Origin: Squalus acanthias
Lineage: Eukaryota
DNA length: 64,000 bases
Assembly: GCA_030390025.1 (NCBI GenBank)
Contig: CM059432.1
Span: 134,914,001 to 134,978,000, forward strand
Direction: 5' to 3'
The notes below the pieces were generated by a model. That model was not told the DNA's origin. It searched no databases and worked only from the letters and a program-made list of their open reading frames with translations. The position numbers and the translations under genes were made by a program. Shown piece after piece: positions 1-12,441 of this stretch; the stretch's first letter is position 1; each line of letters begins with the position of its first letter.

Positions 1-375
1 GCTTCGGTCTTCCTAATATTTAGTTGGAGGAAACTTCTGCTCATCCAGTACTGGATGTCGGACAAGCAGTCTGAAAATTTAGAGACAGTGGAGGGGTTGA
101 GAGAGGTGGTGGTGAGGTAGAGCTGGGTGTCGTCAGTGTACATGTGGAAACCGACGCTGTGTTTTCAGATGATGTCGCCGAGGGGCTGCTTGTAGATGAG
201 AAATAGGAGGGGGCCAAGGATAGATCCTTGGGGGACACCAGAGGTAATAATGCAGGAGCGGGAAGAAAAGCCATTGCAGGTGATTCTCTGGCTACGACTG
301 GATAGATAAGAATGGAACCAGGCGAGTGCAGTCCCACCCAGCTGGATGATGGTGGAGAGGCACAGAATGATGCAA
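1..375 (-). mobile_element. L2-clade LINE fragment (RT region), runs off window edge
   Basis: Minus-strand translation ALAWFHSYLSSRSQRI...GVPQGSILGPLLFLIY is a typical L2 RT motif. Confidence 0.85.
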
Positions 376-1432
376 AGACCATTTAACACCCCTTCCCTGT
401 TAAAATCAGGAGTTTGTATTGTCTTTAATAGAGTACAGGGCAGCTGATGAAACATAAGAAAGGCATGAAGTTACAGTACCGTCACTAGTAATGGTGGTGG
501 TAAGAGCGGGCTGTTAAAATTTGATCCTCGGTTTGAACATGGATAAACAGCATTCCTCAGGGCATTAACAATATTCAGCAGCAGTGTGATGTATTAGTAT
601 CTTGTCTGAAGTGTATATAAAGAGCTGCACCTTCCATGAAGGGACTACCTAAAGCTACTATTTCCAATAAGAGTGTTACTGTCATATGTTGGGTCGAAAG
701 AACATCAAGAACTCCCAAGTAATGTTGAATAGAAAAACATAATGGGAGATGAAGATGTATCTGAACATCACAATCATTATTGCTTGGTTAGATCGACCCA
801 ATCCATTCTTCCATTCAGTTTGACTTTACCTGCCTTTATTATTGCATCTGAATTTGTTTTACAAACTTCAAGAAGATACATTCATCAAGACAAAATTAAG
901 GATCTATTTATTATATTAAAAGTTTTACATCTGCACAGATTTCCAGTCTAAAACACGTATTTCCTGTTGTCACATTTTTGTCACACTTTTTTGTTAATTT
1001 TCCTCTGTTACGACTTCCTATGTTCATATTTATAATTGTACCTCTGCTGTAAACCTATCACACTGTAATTACACAGTCCCGCCAGTGATGGCACTGTAGC
1101 ACCTCAATTTGGCATCTCACAGCGTCTCAGCCTGTACTGCAAAGAAACTCCTATGCTCCAACCAATTCTACTTCTCTGCTTGCCATTTTGCTGCAAGTTT
1201 TGCTATTCAACTGTAAATAATATAAAATATTACATAAAAAGTGTGTGTAACAACTTATAACAAGGACTGACCCTGCTCTAACCTCACTTGACCTGACGAG
1301 TTCACTCCCCATTTGCAACACCATGCAAAATTGACTAAGATATTAAAATATGAGACCAGTTATTTTTAACTTTGACAAAGCTATGTTTTAACAATCATTT
1401 ATCTGTGTGTTTGTACATTTTATAACAGAGAT

Positions 1433-1790
1433 ACAACATCAACAGCAACAACTTGTATTTATATAGTGCCTTTAACGTAGTAAAATGTTCCAAGGCGCTT
1501 CACAGGAGTATTATCAAACAGAATTTGACACCGAGCCACATAATGAGATATTAGGACATGTGACCAAAAGCTTGGTCAAAGAGGTAGGTTTTAAGGTGCG
1601 TCTTAAAGGAGGAGAGGGGGGTTGAGAGACGGAGAGGTTGGGGGAAATTCCAGAGCTTAGGGCCTAAACAGCTGAATGCACGGCCGCCAATGTTGAAACG
1701 AAGAAAATCGGGGATGCACAAGAGGTCAGAACTGGAGGAGCGCATAGATCTTGGAGGGTTGTAGGGCTGGAGGAGGTTACAGAGACAGGG
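1433..1790 (-). mobile_element. L2 LINE 3' end
   Basis: GGRAFSCLGPKLWN...FKTHLKTYLF C-terminus and (TTG)n-type tail shared with the other L2 copies here. Confidence 0.85.
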
Positions 1791-2315
1791 TTAATATACC
1801 GGCATGGAGTTTCCTCCACATTTGCAGCCAGATACACAGGTAATCTGGGCGCAAACAAATTACGTGACTCAAGAGATTGCGGAATTTTGGGCATAAGTGA
1901 GTTACGCGTGTAAGTACAATACACCCAGGTCTCCTCAATCTTTTATGTTCGTCTATCAAGCCCTCAGTCCAAATGAATCTCCAACCACAAAACCGACCTC
2001 GCCCCCTACTCTCAGATGTGAGTGTCTTCGAATTGCGCTTGTGCGGGGGTGTCTATCAACATTGCGACCAGATTTTCAGACGCAGCAGGAAAGAAAGCCA
2101 TTTTCCTTGTCTTTTAATTGCAATTTTTTGAGCGTTTTTCCAAACAATTATCCTCACGGAGACCTGCGCTGCATTTTCTGTTTCTTTAAATGGATTGTTA
2201 TGGCAAAGTATAAGTCACAATAAAAATTGTAAAGCTTTACCGATTGCAGGTTCTTAAACATGTTGTGCCTGATGTGCATGAATGATGGTTGAATGAGTTG
2301 AAATGTAAATTGTAA

Positions 2316-3208
2316 GGGGTAAAAATTCAGTTGGTTGCGCCTCCCGTTAGCGCCTTAAGAGGGCGCTAATGGGGCGCAAAGCCGCTAACGCCCGGGTGCA
2401 GCGATGTTTGCGCCGCTCGGGAACTTAACTAGAGATTGTGCGGCGGCGCTAAAACTTACCGCTGCGACCACCTGCGCGCGCAGATTGTGACGTCATTCCA
2501 TGGTGCAACGCCCTTGTGGCGCCCCGGAGCGGAAATTGAGTGGCGCCCCCTGCCTTACCGCCTGGCGCATCCAACGGCCAGAAGACTGGAACGCTATCAA
2601 TCGCTGTGGGGCTGGGGGGGGCGCTATTTAAAGGGGGCCTCTTCCTGTCTATTATTGTTGGTGGCATTTTTGAACTACGCATTCTGAGAGAGAGAGGGAG
2701 AGACTTCTGGAGAGATTCAACTTTGTGTGAAGGAGTTTTGGGTACTGAGCAGCACTTTGCAGGTTCATTTTGATTTGCCATTCCTTGTATCAATTTAGCA
2801 GAGACTGTGGGAGCTGCACTCTGAGCTCTTTGCCTGGTACTCTCCATTGGTCTTTCCAGCACATTTGATGTGCAAGTCTCTCCAGGCCGAGATTCAAGGC
2901 TGCAATGAACAGGATGTGGATGGAAAGCAAGATTAACCATTCCCTTTAAGAACTGGCCCGTGCCATTGTGTGTGTGTTCCATTGCTGACTGACATTACAT
3001 GAGCTTCGCCAGCGCTCTGAGTTAGCGCCTCAATCCTTGGCCTTTGCACCTTAAGAGAGGTGTGCAGCGCCTGATTTAGCGCTCCACTCACCTCCCGGGG
3101 CGGTAAAAGTGAAGTTTCCAGTCAGTGCCGATAATTAGCGCCAGGCGCTAATATTTGCGTCCAGACGATATTTGCGCCCCAAACGGGGCGCGACCTAATT
3201 TTTACCCC
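2316..3208 (+). mobile_element. Non-autonomous PIF/Harbinger-type element, family A copy 1
   Basis: TIR GGGGTAAAAATT...AATTTTTACCCC, TAA on both flanks; homologous to 5026, 26254 and 63173. Confidence 0.85.
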
Positions 3209-3539
3209 TAAGACTCCTGAAGAAATATACTGGTGTGGGTTCGGCGTTTCCTTGGGCCTCGATTGTTTAGGCTGATTTATGCCCACTTTCATCCATTTTA
3301 AGTTCGGGCGTATTCGAATGGGATTGGGAGAATACGTGTGTGTAACTTGACATTGGCAAACTGGGTGCAGTTTTGGGCCCAATTTCGCGTGCAACTTCTG
3401 GATTGCACCCAAGGAGGAAACTCCAGGGCATCCTACCCTTCCTTACTTGCAAAACAGGAGATCAGCCTGTCAAAGAACAGTGAAGAAGTAGAGTTTGGTT
3501 CTTTATGTCAGTATGTGTAGTTAGTGCATAGTACATGGT

Positions 3540-3720
3540 ATTAACAGCATAGAAACAGGCCATTCGGCCCAACAGGTCTATGCCGGTGTTTATGCTCCAC
3601 ACAAGCCTCCTCCCACCCTACTTCATCTCACCCCATCAGCATATCCTTCTATTCCTTTCTCCCTCATGTACTTATCCAACTGCCCCTTAATTGCATCTAT
3701 ACTAGTCGCCTCAATTACTC
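3540..3720 (-). mobile_element. CR1 LINE 3' tail fragment
   Basis: acagcatagaaacaggccattcggccc CR1 3' end motif, near-identical to 22055-22260. Confidence 0.75.
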
Positions 3721-3767
3721 AAATAAAGTTCAAGTCCTTTTGTAAAGAGATGTTATCCACCCATAAT

Positions 3768-4512
3768 GGCCCAAAAATTCATCCCGGTGCGCGAGAGTAC
3801 GCAGTGCGTACTCTCGCGTATTCCCTCTGCAATTGCCGGTTTTCTGCATGCCCTGCGCATGCGCTGAAAACCGGCAATTGCTCTTTTGAAAAGGGGGCGG
3901 GTCCTCGGTGCATCGCGTGCGCGCTACAGGCTGCGCGCACGCTGTGCACTTCATGCTTTGGACGCGCAGGTAAGTACTGAAGATTTTAGAAATGTAAAAA
4001 GGAGGAGTAAGACCCACTTTTAACAAGGTAAGTAGTGAATTAAGTATTTTTTTGAATTTTTTTTTACAGGTATATCTTTTTTTAGAGACTTTAAAGACAG
4101 GTAAGTTTATTTTAATAACTTTTTAAAAGATTTTAAATTTTTTCAAAAATTTAATTTTTTATTTAAAATGGTGAATTTATTTAACTATACTTATTTTATT
4201 AATGTGATGGTTTTTTTAAAAAATTTAATTGAGGTTTAGCTGTTATTTTGGGGGGGTGTAAGATTCATAGATTTCACAGCCGTGCTGTGAAACTTATGAA
4301 TGGAAGATGGTGTGCTGCCATTGGCTCTAACTGAGTCACGTGATCCCACAGCTCGCACGAATTCACTACGCCGGTGGGATACGCAAGCACTGCCCGGCTG
4401 ATGTCTGGAACATCAAGTTCGTGCGAGCTGGATCTGAAAAAGCACAAGCGAGGTGAGAGATCGCGGGGAAGGCTTACCCCCGCGGGAACAGAGCGAGATC
4501 AATTTCTGGGCC
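3768..4512 (+). mobile_element. Harbinger-like MITE, family B copy 1
   Basis: TIR GGCCCAAAAATT...AATTTCTGGGCC; GC-rich palindromic ends and AT-rich core; inverted homologue at 22502-23264; TSD imperfect. Confidence 0.75.
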
Positions 4513-5025
4513 ATTATAAACATAGATGGGATACTGTATTTCAATCTAGAACTTAAATGACTCACAGAATGGAATGACACATTGCATTCTCTTATTTCAA
4601 TTCAAATATGTAGTGACTACCAGATAACTCATTTCCAATAAGACAGTGAAAGTTTAGTTAACTTCTTGTGAGTGCAATCCAGCCCTCTTTATTTAGGCTA
4701 TGTTATATTTATCAAACAGAGATGTTACATTGAACAGGTTTGTGCACCTGTCTCAGTGATGCGCTAAGCTACAGCCAGGTGTAAAAAACTGGTGGATTTT
4801 TTTATTGATGCCACAAATGCTTTGCCAGCGAGTCTTTCTGAGATTTAATGTGACTTAAGATTAGTCTACTTTCATAAAAAATAATCGAAGTGAAATACCT
4901 CCATTCCCAAACATTTTGTAGATACGCTTACTGATCTGGATAATTCACAAACTGGAGAATTGGTAGTTTCCTGAATACCCACATTAATGTTTACTTTAAT
5001 ATTAATTTTGGCTGTATCTCAGTAT

Positions 5026-5917
5026 GGGGGAGAAATTCGGTATCGCCCCGTTTGGGGCGCAATTATCGGCCGGGCGCAAATTTTAGCGCCTGCCGCTAAT
5101 TATCGCCTCTGACTGCAAACTTGGCTTCTATCGCCCCTGGAGGTGATTGGAGCGTTAAATCAGGCGCTACACACCTCTCTTAAGGCGCTAAAGCTGAGGA
5201 GCGAGGCACTACCTCAGAGCGCTGGCGAAGCTCATGTGATGTCAGTCAGCAATGGAACACAGACACACTGGTGCCGGCCAGTTCTTAAAGGGGAGGGTCG
5301 ATCTTGCTCTCCATCCACACCCTGCTCATTGCAGCCTTGAATCTCGGCCTGGAGAGACCTGTACATCAATTCTGCTGGAAAGAACAATGGAGAGGCCCAG
5401 GGAAAGAGTGCAGAGTGCAGCCCCCATAGTCTCTTCTAAATCGATGCAAGGAAGGTCAAATCAAAATGAACCTGCAAAGTGCTGCTCAGTACCCAAAACT
5501 CCTTCACACAGCGTTGAATCTCTCCAGAAGTCTCTCTCTCTCTCTCAGAATGCATGGTGCAAAAATGTCGCTAACAGAAAAAGGCAGGAAGCGGTCGCCT
5601 TTAAATAGCGCTCCCCCAGTCCCTTCCCGACTGCAAAACGTTCCGCCCAACCTGTCATTGCTAGCGGCAGGCGGTAAGGCAGGGGGCGCCACTCAATATC
5701 CGGTCCGGGGCGCTACCGGGGCGTTGCATGCTCGACTGACGTCAAGATCTGCGGGTGCAGGAGATCGTGGCGGTAGTGTTTAGCGCTGCCGCAAAATGTC
5801 TGGTCAATTTTGCAAGCGGCGCAAAGATCGCCGCGCCCGGGCGCTAGTTGCTTTATGCCCCATTAGCGCCCTCTTAAGGCGCTAACGGGAGGCGTAAAGC
5901 AACCAAATTTTTCCCCC
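5026..5917 (-). mobile_element. Harbinger-type element, family A copy 2 (inverted)
   Basis: TIR GGGGGAGAAATT...AATTTTTCCCCC, TAT TSD on both sides. Confidence 0.85.
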
Positions 5918-6390
5918 TATATCCCCATACATTCTCAAAACTGAATTTCAAGAGCTTGCAGGAGCTGTTAATTTCTTGCCAGTGACACCCAGCATTACCA
6001 CTGACGTCTTCTCAGGCATGTCTCCATCAGTCTCCATCCAGAGAAAACTCCCAGAAAAAACCCTTCAGACCGCTGATATAATTCTAGGAGTAAACTCACA
6101 TTGCAAAAGTTAAAAGATGGTGCCTTATCACATCTCAGAACCATCTTTACATGCAATGAATTACTATAAAGTGTAGAGAGACAGAGAGAGTGAGGGGAGG
6201 GGTTGGATGGAGGGTTAAGGTTAAGGGTAACAACAGAGCAACGGAGAGGGCATGATGAAGGGATTGAGTGCAGGTGGCAACTTTACACTTGTCTCCAGTT
6301 ATTGGCCCAGAATTTGCTGGGAAATAACGACGAGTTTCAATGAGGACGCCGTTCTCGGTGTGTAAATTACCCAGCAACTTATGCTGAGGA

Positions 6391-9300
6391 AGCATAGTGG
6401 TAATGTCACTGGGCTAGTAATCCAGAGGCCTGGACTAATGATCCAGAGACATGAGTTCAAATCCCACCACGGCAGCTGGGGAATTTAAATTCAATTAATT
6501 AAATAAATCTGGAATAAAAAGCTAGTATCAGTAATGGTAACCATGAAACTATCGGATTGTCGTAAAAATCCATCTGGTTCACGAATGTCCTTTAGGGAAG
6601 GAAATCTGCCATCCTTACCTGGTCTGGCCTATATGTGACTCCAGACCCACAGCAATGTGGTTGACTCTTAACTGCCCTCTGAAATGGCCGAGCAAGTCAC
6701 TCAGTTGTAACTAACCGCTACGAAACAAAATAATAAGAATGAAACCGGACAGACCATCCGGCACCGGCTACGGACACGGCAACGGCACACCCAGCCCAGT
6801 CGACCCTGCAAAGTCCTCCTCACCAACATCTGGGGACTTGTGCCAAAAGTGGGAGAGCTGTCCCACAGACTAGTCAAGCAACAGCCTGACATAGTCATAC
6901 TCACAGAATCATACCTTTCAGCCAATGTCCCAAACTCCTCCATCACCATCCCTGGGTATGTCCTGTCCCACCAGCAGGACAGACCCACCAGGGGTAGGGG
7001 CACAGTGGTATACAGTCAGGGAGGAGTGGCCCTGGGAGTCCTCAACATTGACTCCGGACCCCATGAAGTCTCATGCCTTCAGGTCAAGCATGGACAAGGA
7101 AACCTCCTGCTGATTACCACCTACCGCCCTCCCTCAGCTGATGAATCAGTACTCCTCCATGTTGAACACCACTTGAAAGAAGCACTGAGAGTAGCAAGGG
7201 CACAGAATGTACTTTGGGTGGGGGACATCAATGTCCATCATCAAGAGTGGCTCGGTAGCACCACTACTGACCGAGCTGGCCGAGTCCTGAAGGTCTTAGC
7301 TGCCAGTCTGGGCCTGCGGACAGGTGATGAGAGAACCAACACGAGGGAAAAACCTACTTGACCTCGTCCTCACCAATCTACCTGTCGCAGATGCATCTGT
7401 CCATGACAACATTGGCAGCAGTGACCACCACACAGTCATTGTGGAGACGAAGTCCCGTCTTCACACTGAGAACACCCTCCATCGTGTTGTGTGGCACTAC
7501 CACTGTGCTAAATGGGATAGATTCAGAACAGATCTAGCAGCTCAAAACTGGGCATCCATGAGGTGCTGTGGGCCATCAGCAGTAGTAGAATTGTATTCCA
7601 CCACAATCTGTAACCTCATGGCCCGGCATATCCCTCACTCTACCATTACCACCAAGCCAGGAGACCAACCCTGGTTCAATAAGGAGTGTAGAAGAGCATG
7701 CCAGGAGCAGCACCAGGTGTACCTAAAAATGAGGTGCCAACCTGGGGAAGCTGCAACACAGGATTACATGCATGCTAAAAAGCGGAAGCAGCATGCTATA
7801 GACAGGGCTAAGCGATCCCACAATCAACGGATCAGATCAAAGCTCTGCAGTCCTGCCACATCCAGTCGTGAATGGTGGTGGAGCATTAAACAACTAACGG
7901 GAGGAGGAGGCTCCAAGAATATCCCCATCCTCAATGATGGAGGAGCCCAGCACGTGAGTGCAAAAGACAAGGCTGAAGCGTTTGCAACCAACTTCAGCCA
8001 GAAGTGCCGAGTGAATGATCCATATCGGCCTACTCCTGAGGTCCCCACCATCACAGAAGCCAGTCTTCAGCCAATTCGATTCACTCCACGTGATATCAAG
8101 AAACGGCTGAGCGCACTGGATACAGCAAAGGCTATGGGCCCAGACAACATCCTGGCTATCGTGCTGAAGACTTGTGCTCCAGAACTAGCCGCGCCTCTAG
8201 CCAAGCTGTTCCAGTACAGCTACAACACTGGCATCTATCCGATAATGTGGAAAACTGCCCAGGTATGTCCTGTCCACAAAAAGCAGGACAAATCCAACCT
8301 GGCCAATTACCGCCCCATCAGTCTACTCTCAATCATCAGCAAAGTGATGGAAGGCGTCATCGACAGTGCTATCAAGCGGCACTTACTCACCAATAACCTG
8401 CTCACTGATGCCCAGTTTGGGTTCCGCCAAGACCACTCGGCTCCCAACCTCATTACAGCCTTGGTCCAAACATGGACAAAGGAGCTGAATTCCAGAGGTG
8501 AGGTGAGAGTGACTGCCCTTGACATCAAGGCAGCATTTGACCGAGTCTGGCATCAAGGAGCCCTAGTAAAACTGAAGTCAATGGGAATCGGGGGGAAAAC
8601 GCTCCACTGGCTGGAGTCATACCTAGCACAAAGGAAGATGGTTGTGGTGGTTGAAGGTCAATCATCACAGCCCCAGGACATCGCAGCAGTCGTTCCTCAG
8701 GGCAGTGTTCTAGGCCCAAGCATCTTCAGCTGCTTCAACAATGGCCTTCCCTCCAACATAAGGTCAGAAATGGGGATGTTTGCTGATGAATGCACAGTGT
8801 TCAGCGCCATTCACAACTCCTCTGATAATGAAGCAGTCATGCCCGCATGCAACACGACATGGACGACGTTCAGGCTTGGGCTGATAAGTGGCAGGTAACA
8901 TTTGCGCCACAGAAGTGACAGGCAATGACTATCTCCAACAAGCGAGAGTCTAACCACCTCCCCTTGACATTCAATGGCATTACCATCGCTGAATCCCCCA
9001 CTATCAACATCCTGGGTGTCACCATTAACCAGAAACTTAACTGGACCAGCCACATAAATACTGTGGCAATAAGAGCAGGTCAGAGGCTAGGTATTCTGCG
9101 GCGAGTGTCTCACCTCCTGACTCCCCAAAGCCTTTCCACTATCTACAAGGCACAAGTAAGGAGTGTGATGGAATACTCTCCACTTGCCTGGATGAGTGCA
9201 GCTCCAACAACACTCAAGAAGCTCGACACCATCCAGGACAAAGCAGCCTGCTTGATTGACACCCCATCCACCACCTTAAACATTCACTCCCTCCACCACC

Positions 9301-9682
9301 GGCGTACCATGGCTACAGTGTGTACCATCTACAAGATGCACTGCAGCAACTCGCCAAGGCTTCTTCGGCAGCACCTTCCAAACCCACGACCCCTTCCATC
9401 TAGAAGGACAAGGGCAGCAGGCGCTTGGGAACACCACCACCTCCAAGTTCCCCTCCAAGTCACACACCATCCTGACTTAGAAGTATATCGCCGATCCTTC
9501 ATCGTCGCTCGGTCAAAATCCTGGAACTCCCTCCCTAACAGCACTGTGGGAGTACCTTCACCACAGGGACTGCAGCGGTTCAAGAAGGCGGCTCACCACC
9601 ACTTTCTCAAGGGCAACTAGGGATGGGCAATAAATGCTGACCTTGCCAGTGACGCCCAGATCCCATAAACAAATTAAAAAAA
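6391..9682 (+). mobile_element. ~3.3-kb CR1-group LINE with a tRNA-like 5' head and a single EN-RT coding region (no ORF1)
   Basis: A-box-like GCATAGTGG at ~6392, B-box GAGTTCAAATCC at 6453-6464, APE and RT ORFs at 6840-9620, A-rich tail; same 3' end at 21607 and 61872. Confidence 0.9.
6711..9620 (+). pseudogene. APE endonuclease-reverse transcriptase, frameshifted near 7320 and 8840
   Basis: VLLTNIWGL, VILTES, YRPP, GDIN, LDLVLT, SDH (APE); YRPISLL, QFGFR, LDIKAAFDRVWH, PQGSVLGP and FADE in place of the catalytic ADD (RT). Confidence 0.9.
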
Positions 9683-11174
9683 GAGATACGCCATGAGTTG
9701 CTAATCGCCCCAAATTACTGGACCATTTGAGCCGCTCCACTGTTAGCCTCGCACAAAACGAGAGCTCACCGTCAACCACTCCGTGAGTGTCAAGAAATTG
9801 CTGCATTTGTGCTGTTACAATGAATTGAACTCGCCACGGAAAGTTAGGGCTGGTACTTAATAGCATAAGGACCCTTTTAATGCTGAGCTTTATGTTCTTG
9901 CAATGCCACCCAACTTTGGAGGTCCAGAAAGGGAACAATTTCAACTGTGGAGCCTCATTCCAGCAGGTCATAAATTGTTCCTGGAGGTTGTAAAAATTTT
10001 AAATTTTAAATGTTTTTCTTTTATTCCTACTTTTCCTTTCTGTCTCATTTTTCTCTCTCTCTCTTAATCCAGTCTTTCATTCCCTCTCTTTATTTCTCTT
10101 TCTTTATCTATTTTGACTCTAATTCACTCTATTTCCTTCTCCTTCATTCATCTGTTTCTTTCTCTATCCTTCAATCTCATTGGTTAAGGAGATAGACTGT
10201 TGGTCCCGTCATTCACCAAGGTCCCGGATGCCCCATTGCCCTCGCCATGCTGTTATCAGCTCGCACATCCAGTAAGCTACGGCACAACAAACATTCGAGC
10301 TGAAGTGTGCAGGAAAGAGGTGTATCGGTGGCTGCAGAGATAGTGGATGCATTGGTTGTGATCTTCCAACATTCCGTAGATTCGAGAACGGTCCCAGCAG
10401 TTTGGAAGGCAACAAATGTAACACTGCTATTCAGGAAAGTAGGGAGAGAGAAAACAGGGAACTACAGGCCAGTTAGCCTGACATCAGTTCTCTGGAAAAT
10501 GCTGGAATCCATTATTAAGGAAGTGGTAACAGGGCACATAGAAAATCATAATATGATTAGACAGAGTCAGAATGGTTTTATGAAAGGGAAATCGTGTTTG
10601 ACAAATTTATTAGAGTTTTTTGAGGATGTAACTGGCAGGGTAGATAAAGGGGAACCAGTGGATGTAGTATATTTGGATTTCCAAAAAGCATTCGATAAGG
10701 TGCCACATAAAAGGTTGCTACGCAAGATAAGGGCTCATGGGGTTAGGGGCAACACATTACCATGGATAGAGGATTAATTAATGGACAGAAAACAGAGAGT
10801 AGGGATAAATGGTTCATTTTCTGGTTGGCAGGCTGTAACCAGTGGGGTGCCGCAAAGAGCAGTGCTTGGGCCTCAGCCATTTACAATCTATATTAATAAC
10901 TTAGATGAAGGGACCGAGTGTAATGTATCCAGTTTGCTGACGATACAAAGTTAGGTGGGAAAGTAAGCTGTGAGGAGGACACAAAGAGCCTGTAAAGGGA
11001 TATAGACAGGTTAAGTGAGTGGGCAATAAGGTGACAAATGGAGTATAATGTGGAGAAATGTGAGGTTATTCACTTTGGTAGGAAGAATAGGAAAACAGAA
11101 TATTTTTTAAATGGTGAGAAACCTTTAAATGTTGGTGTTCAGAGAGATTTAGATGTCCTCGTATAGGAAACACA

Positions 11175-12441
11175 GGGCGAGAAATTTGTGGCCTTAGCAT
11201 CACTCCATAGCGCTATTAAATGGTGTTAAAACGGCGGCCACCGCTCTTTCACCAGATGCTGGCGGGTCCCGCAGCGGTCACCGTTTTGGTCCCTGCCTTT
11301 GCGTTGCTGGTAACTGGCAGCGCCATCTCCAACAAAATGGCGGCGTTGTGACATAAATCGGCGTGCAACGTCACAAGCGTGAACTTCGACCCTAGCACTG
11401 AACTTAGTGCTGGGTCCTAAGGACACCAGGTTAACCTGCCGTGCAAGAAGGCTGACAGTATCAATGTCTGCACCTCTTAAAAGGACACACAAATCATTCA
11501 GGTAAGTTTGGATTTAAGGTTTTGGCTGTTTTTTCTTTGATTTTATTGAAGTAGTGGCTTGCTGCAATAGATGTGAAAAGTTTTTTTAAGTGTGTAGGGA
11601 GTGCTTCTGGATGCTTGCGAGGGCTAGGATGGTAAATGAAGGCCTTTGAGAAGACAAAACATGCTGCAAATACTCAACAGGTCAGGCAACATCCGCAGAG
11701 AGAAAAACAGAGTTCACGTCTCAGGTCGAGATGTTGCCTGACCAGCTGAGTATTTCCAGCATTTTATGCTGTCATTTCACCCGTTCGCAGAGGGAAGAGA
11801 AAGACACAGAAGAGGAAGAAACAGAAGAGGAGGAAGCCAAAGAGGAGAAGCCAAAGAGGAGGAAGCAGAAGGAAGGATGCAACCCAGACAGCCCCTTTCT
11901 GGCCAGGATATCCAGGATGGAATCATCCGCCTGCGGTCCCAGTGACCACAACCCAATTCCCCTTTCAGCATTAGTCCCACACCTTACCTTCCCTCTGTTA
12001 CTGACCATCACAGCATCCTCTTGGCTACAATGCTGAAATAAAAGCCACCACGAAGCAAACTTTCCAATCCACCTATATACGGCTATCCATTCAGTGTGAC
12101 ATTAAGAAATCAGCTCATCACCCTTATGCATTCTCTTAGAGACTGTCTTGTGTGTGCCTTTGCCTATCCTACTGATGTCATACAGTGCTACCCCAGTGGC
12201 TGCAGCATGGCTGGTGGCGTTCAGTGGGGGAGACTGCAAATGGCCTTGCTGGTCGACCTTGAGGAGCTGCTGGCTGGGAGTGTCAAATCAATCTTCTTCT
12301 TCTTGTTCTTCTTCACTCTCCTCTCCCTCTTCTTGGTTACCCACTGGCTGGGCAGGCATCTTTGGGCACTGGAGCCAGGTGGTGGGGGTGACACTGTTGG
12401 TGACACCGGCAACTTTACTGGCTAAAACAAATTTCTTCCTC
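11175..12441 (+). mobile_element. Internally deleted Harbinger derivative (family D, short copy)
   Basis: TIR GGGCGAGAAATTTGT...ACAAATTTCTTCCTC, ACA TSD; homologous in inverted orientation to 52584-54776. Confidence 0.8.

Larger units (their letters stand above)
6304..10318 (-). mobile_element. Harbinger-like MITE (family C), split by a LINE and truncated at the right
   Basis: Starts GGCCCAGAATTTGCTG; 6304-6390 joined to 9683-10318 is colinear with the reverse complement of 19030-19795. Confidence 0.7.

Noticed and set aside
1040..1212. Minus-strand exon-like segment after a TTACAG acceptor
   Set aside because: Stops in all three frames
1290..1312. CTGACGAG as a hammerhead core
   Set aside because: No downstream GAAA or pairing stems
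2449..2982. Recurrent MEHTHNGTGQFLKG... ORF in four copies, as a possible gene family
   Set aside because: It lies inside non-autonomous family A elements; length and frame vary between copies and there is no recognisable domain
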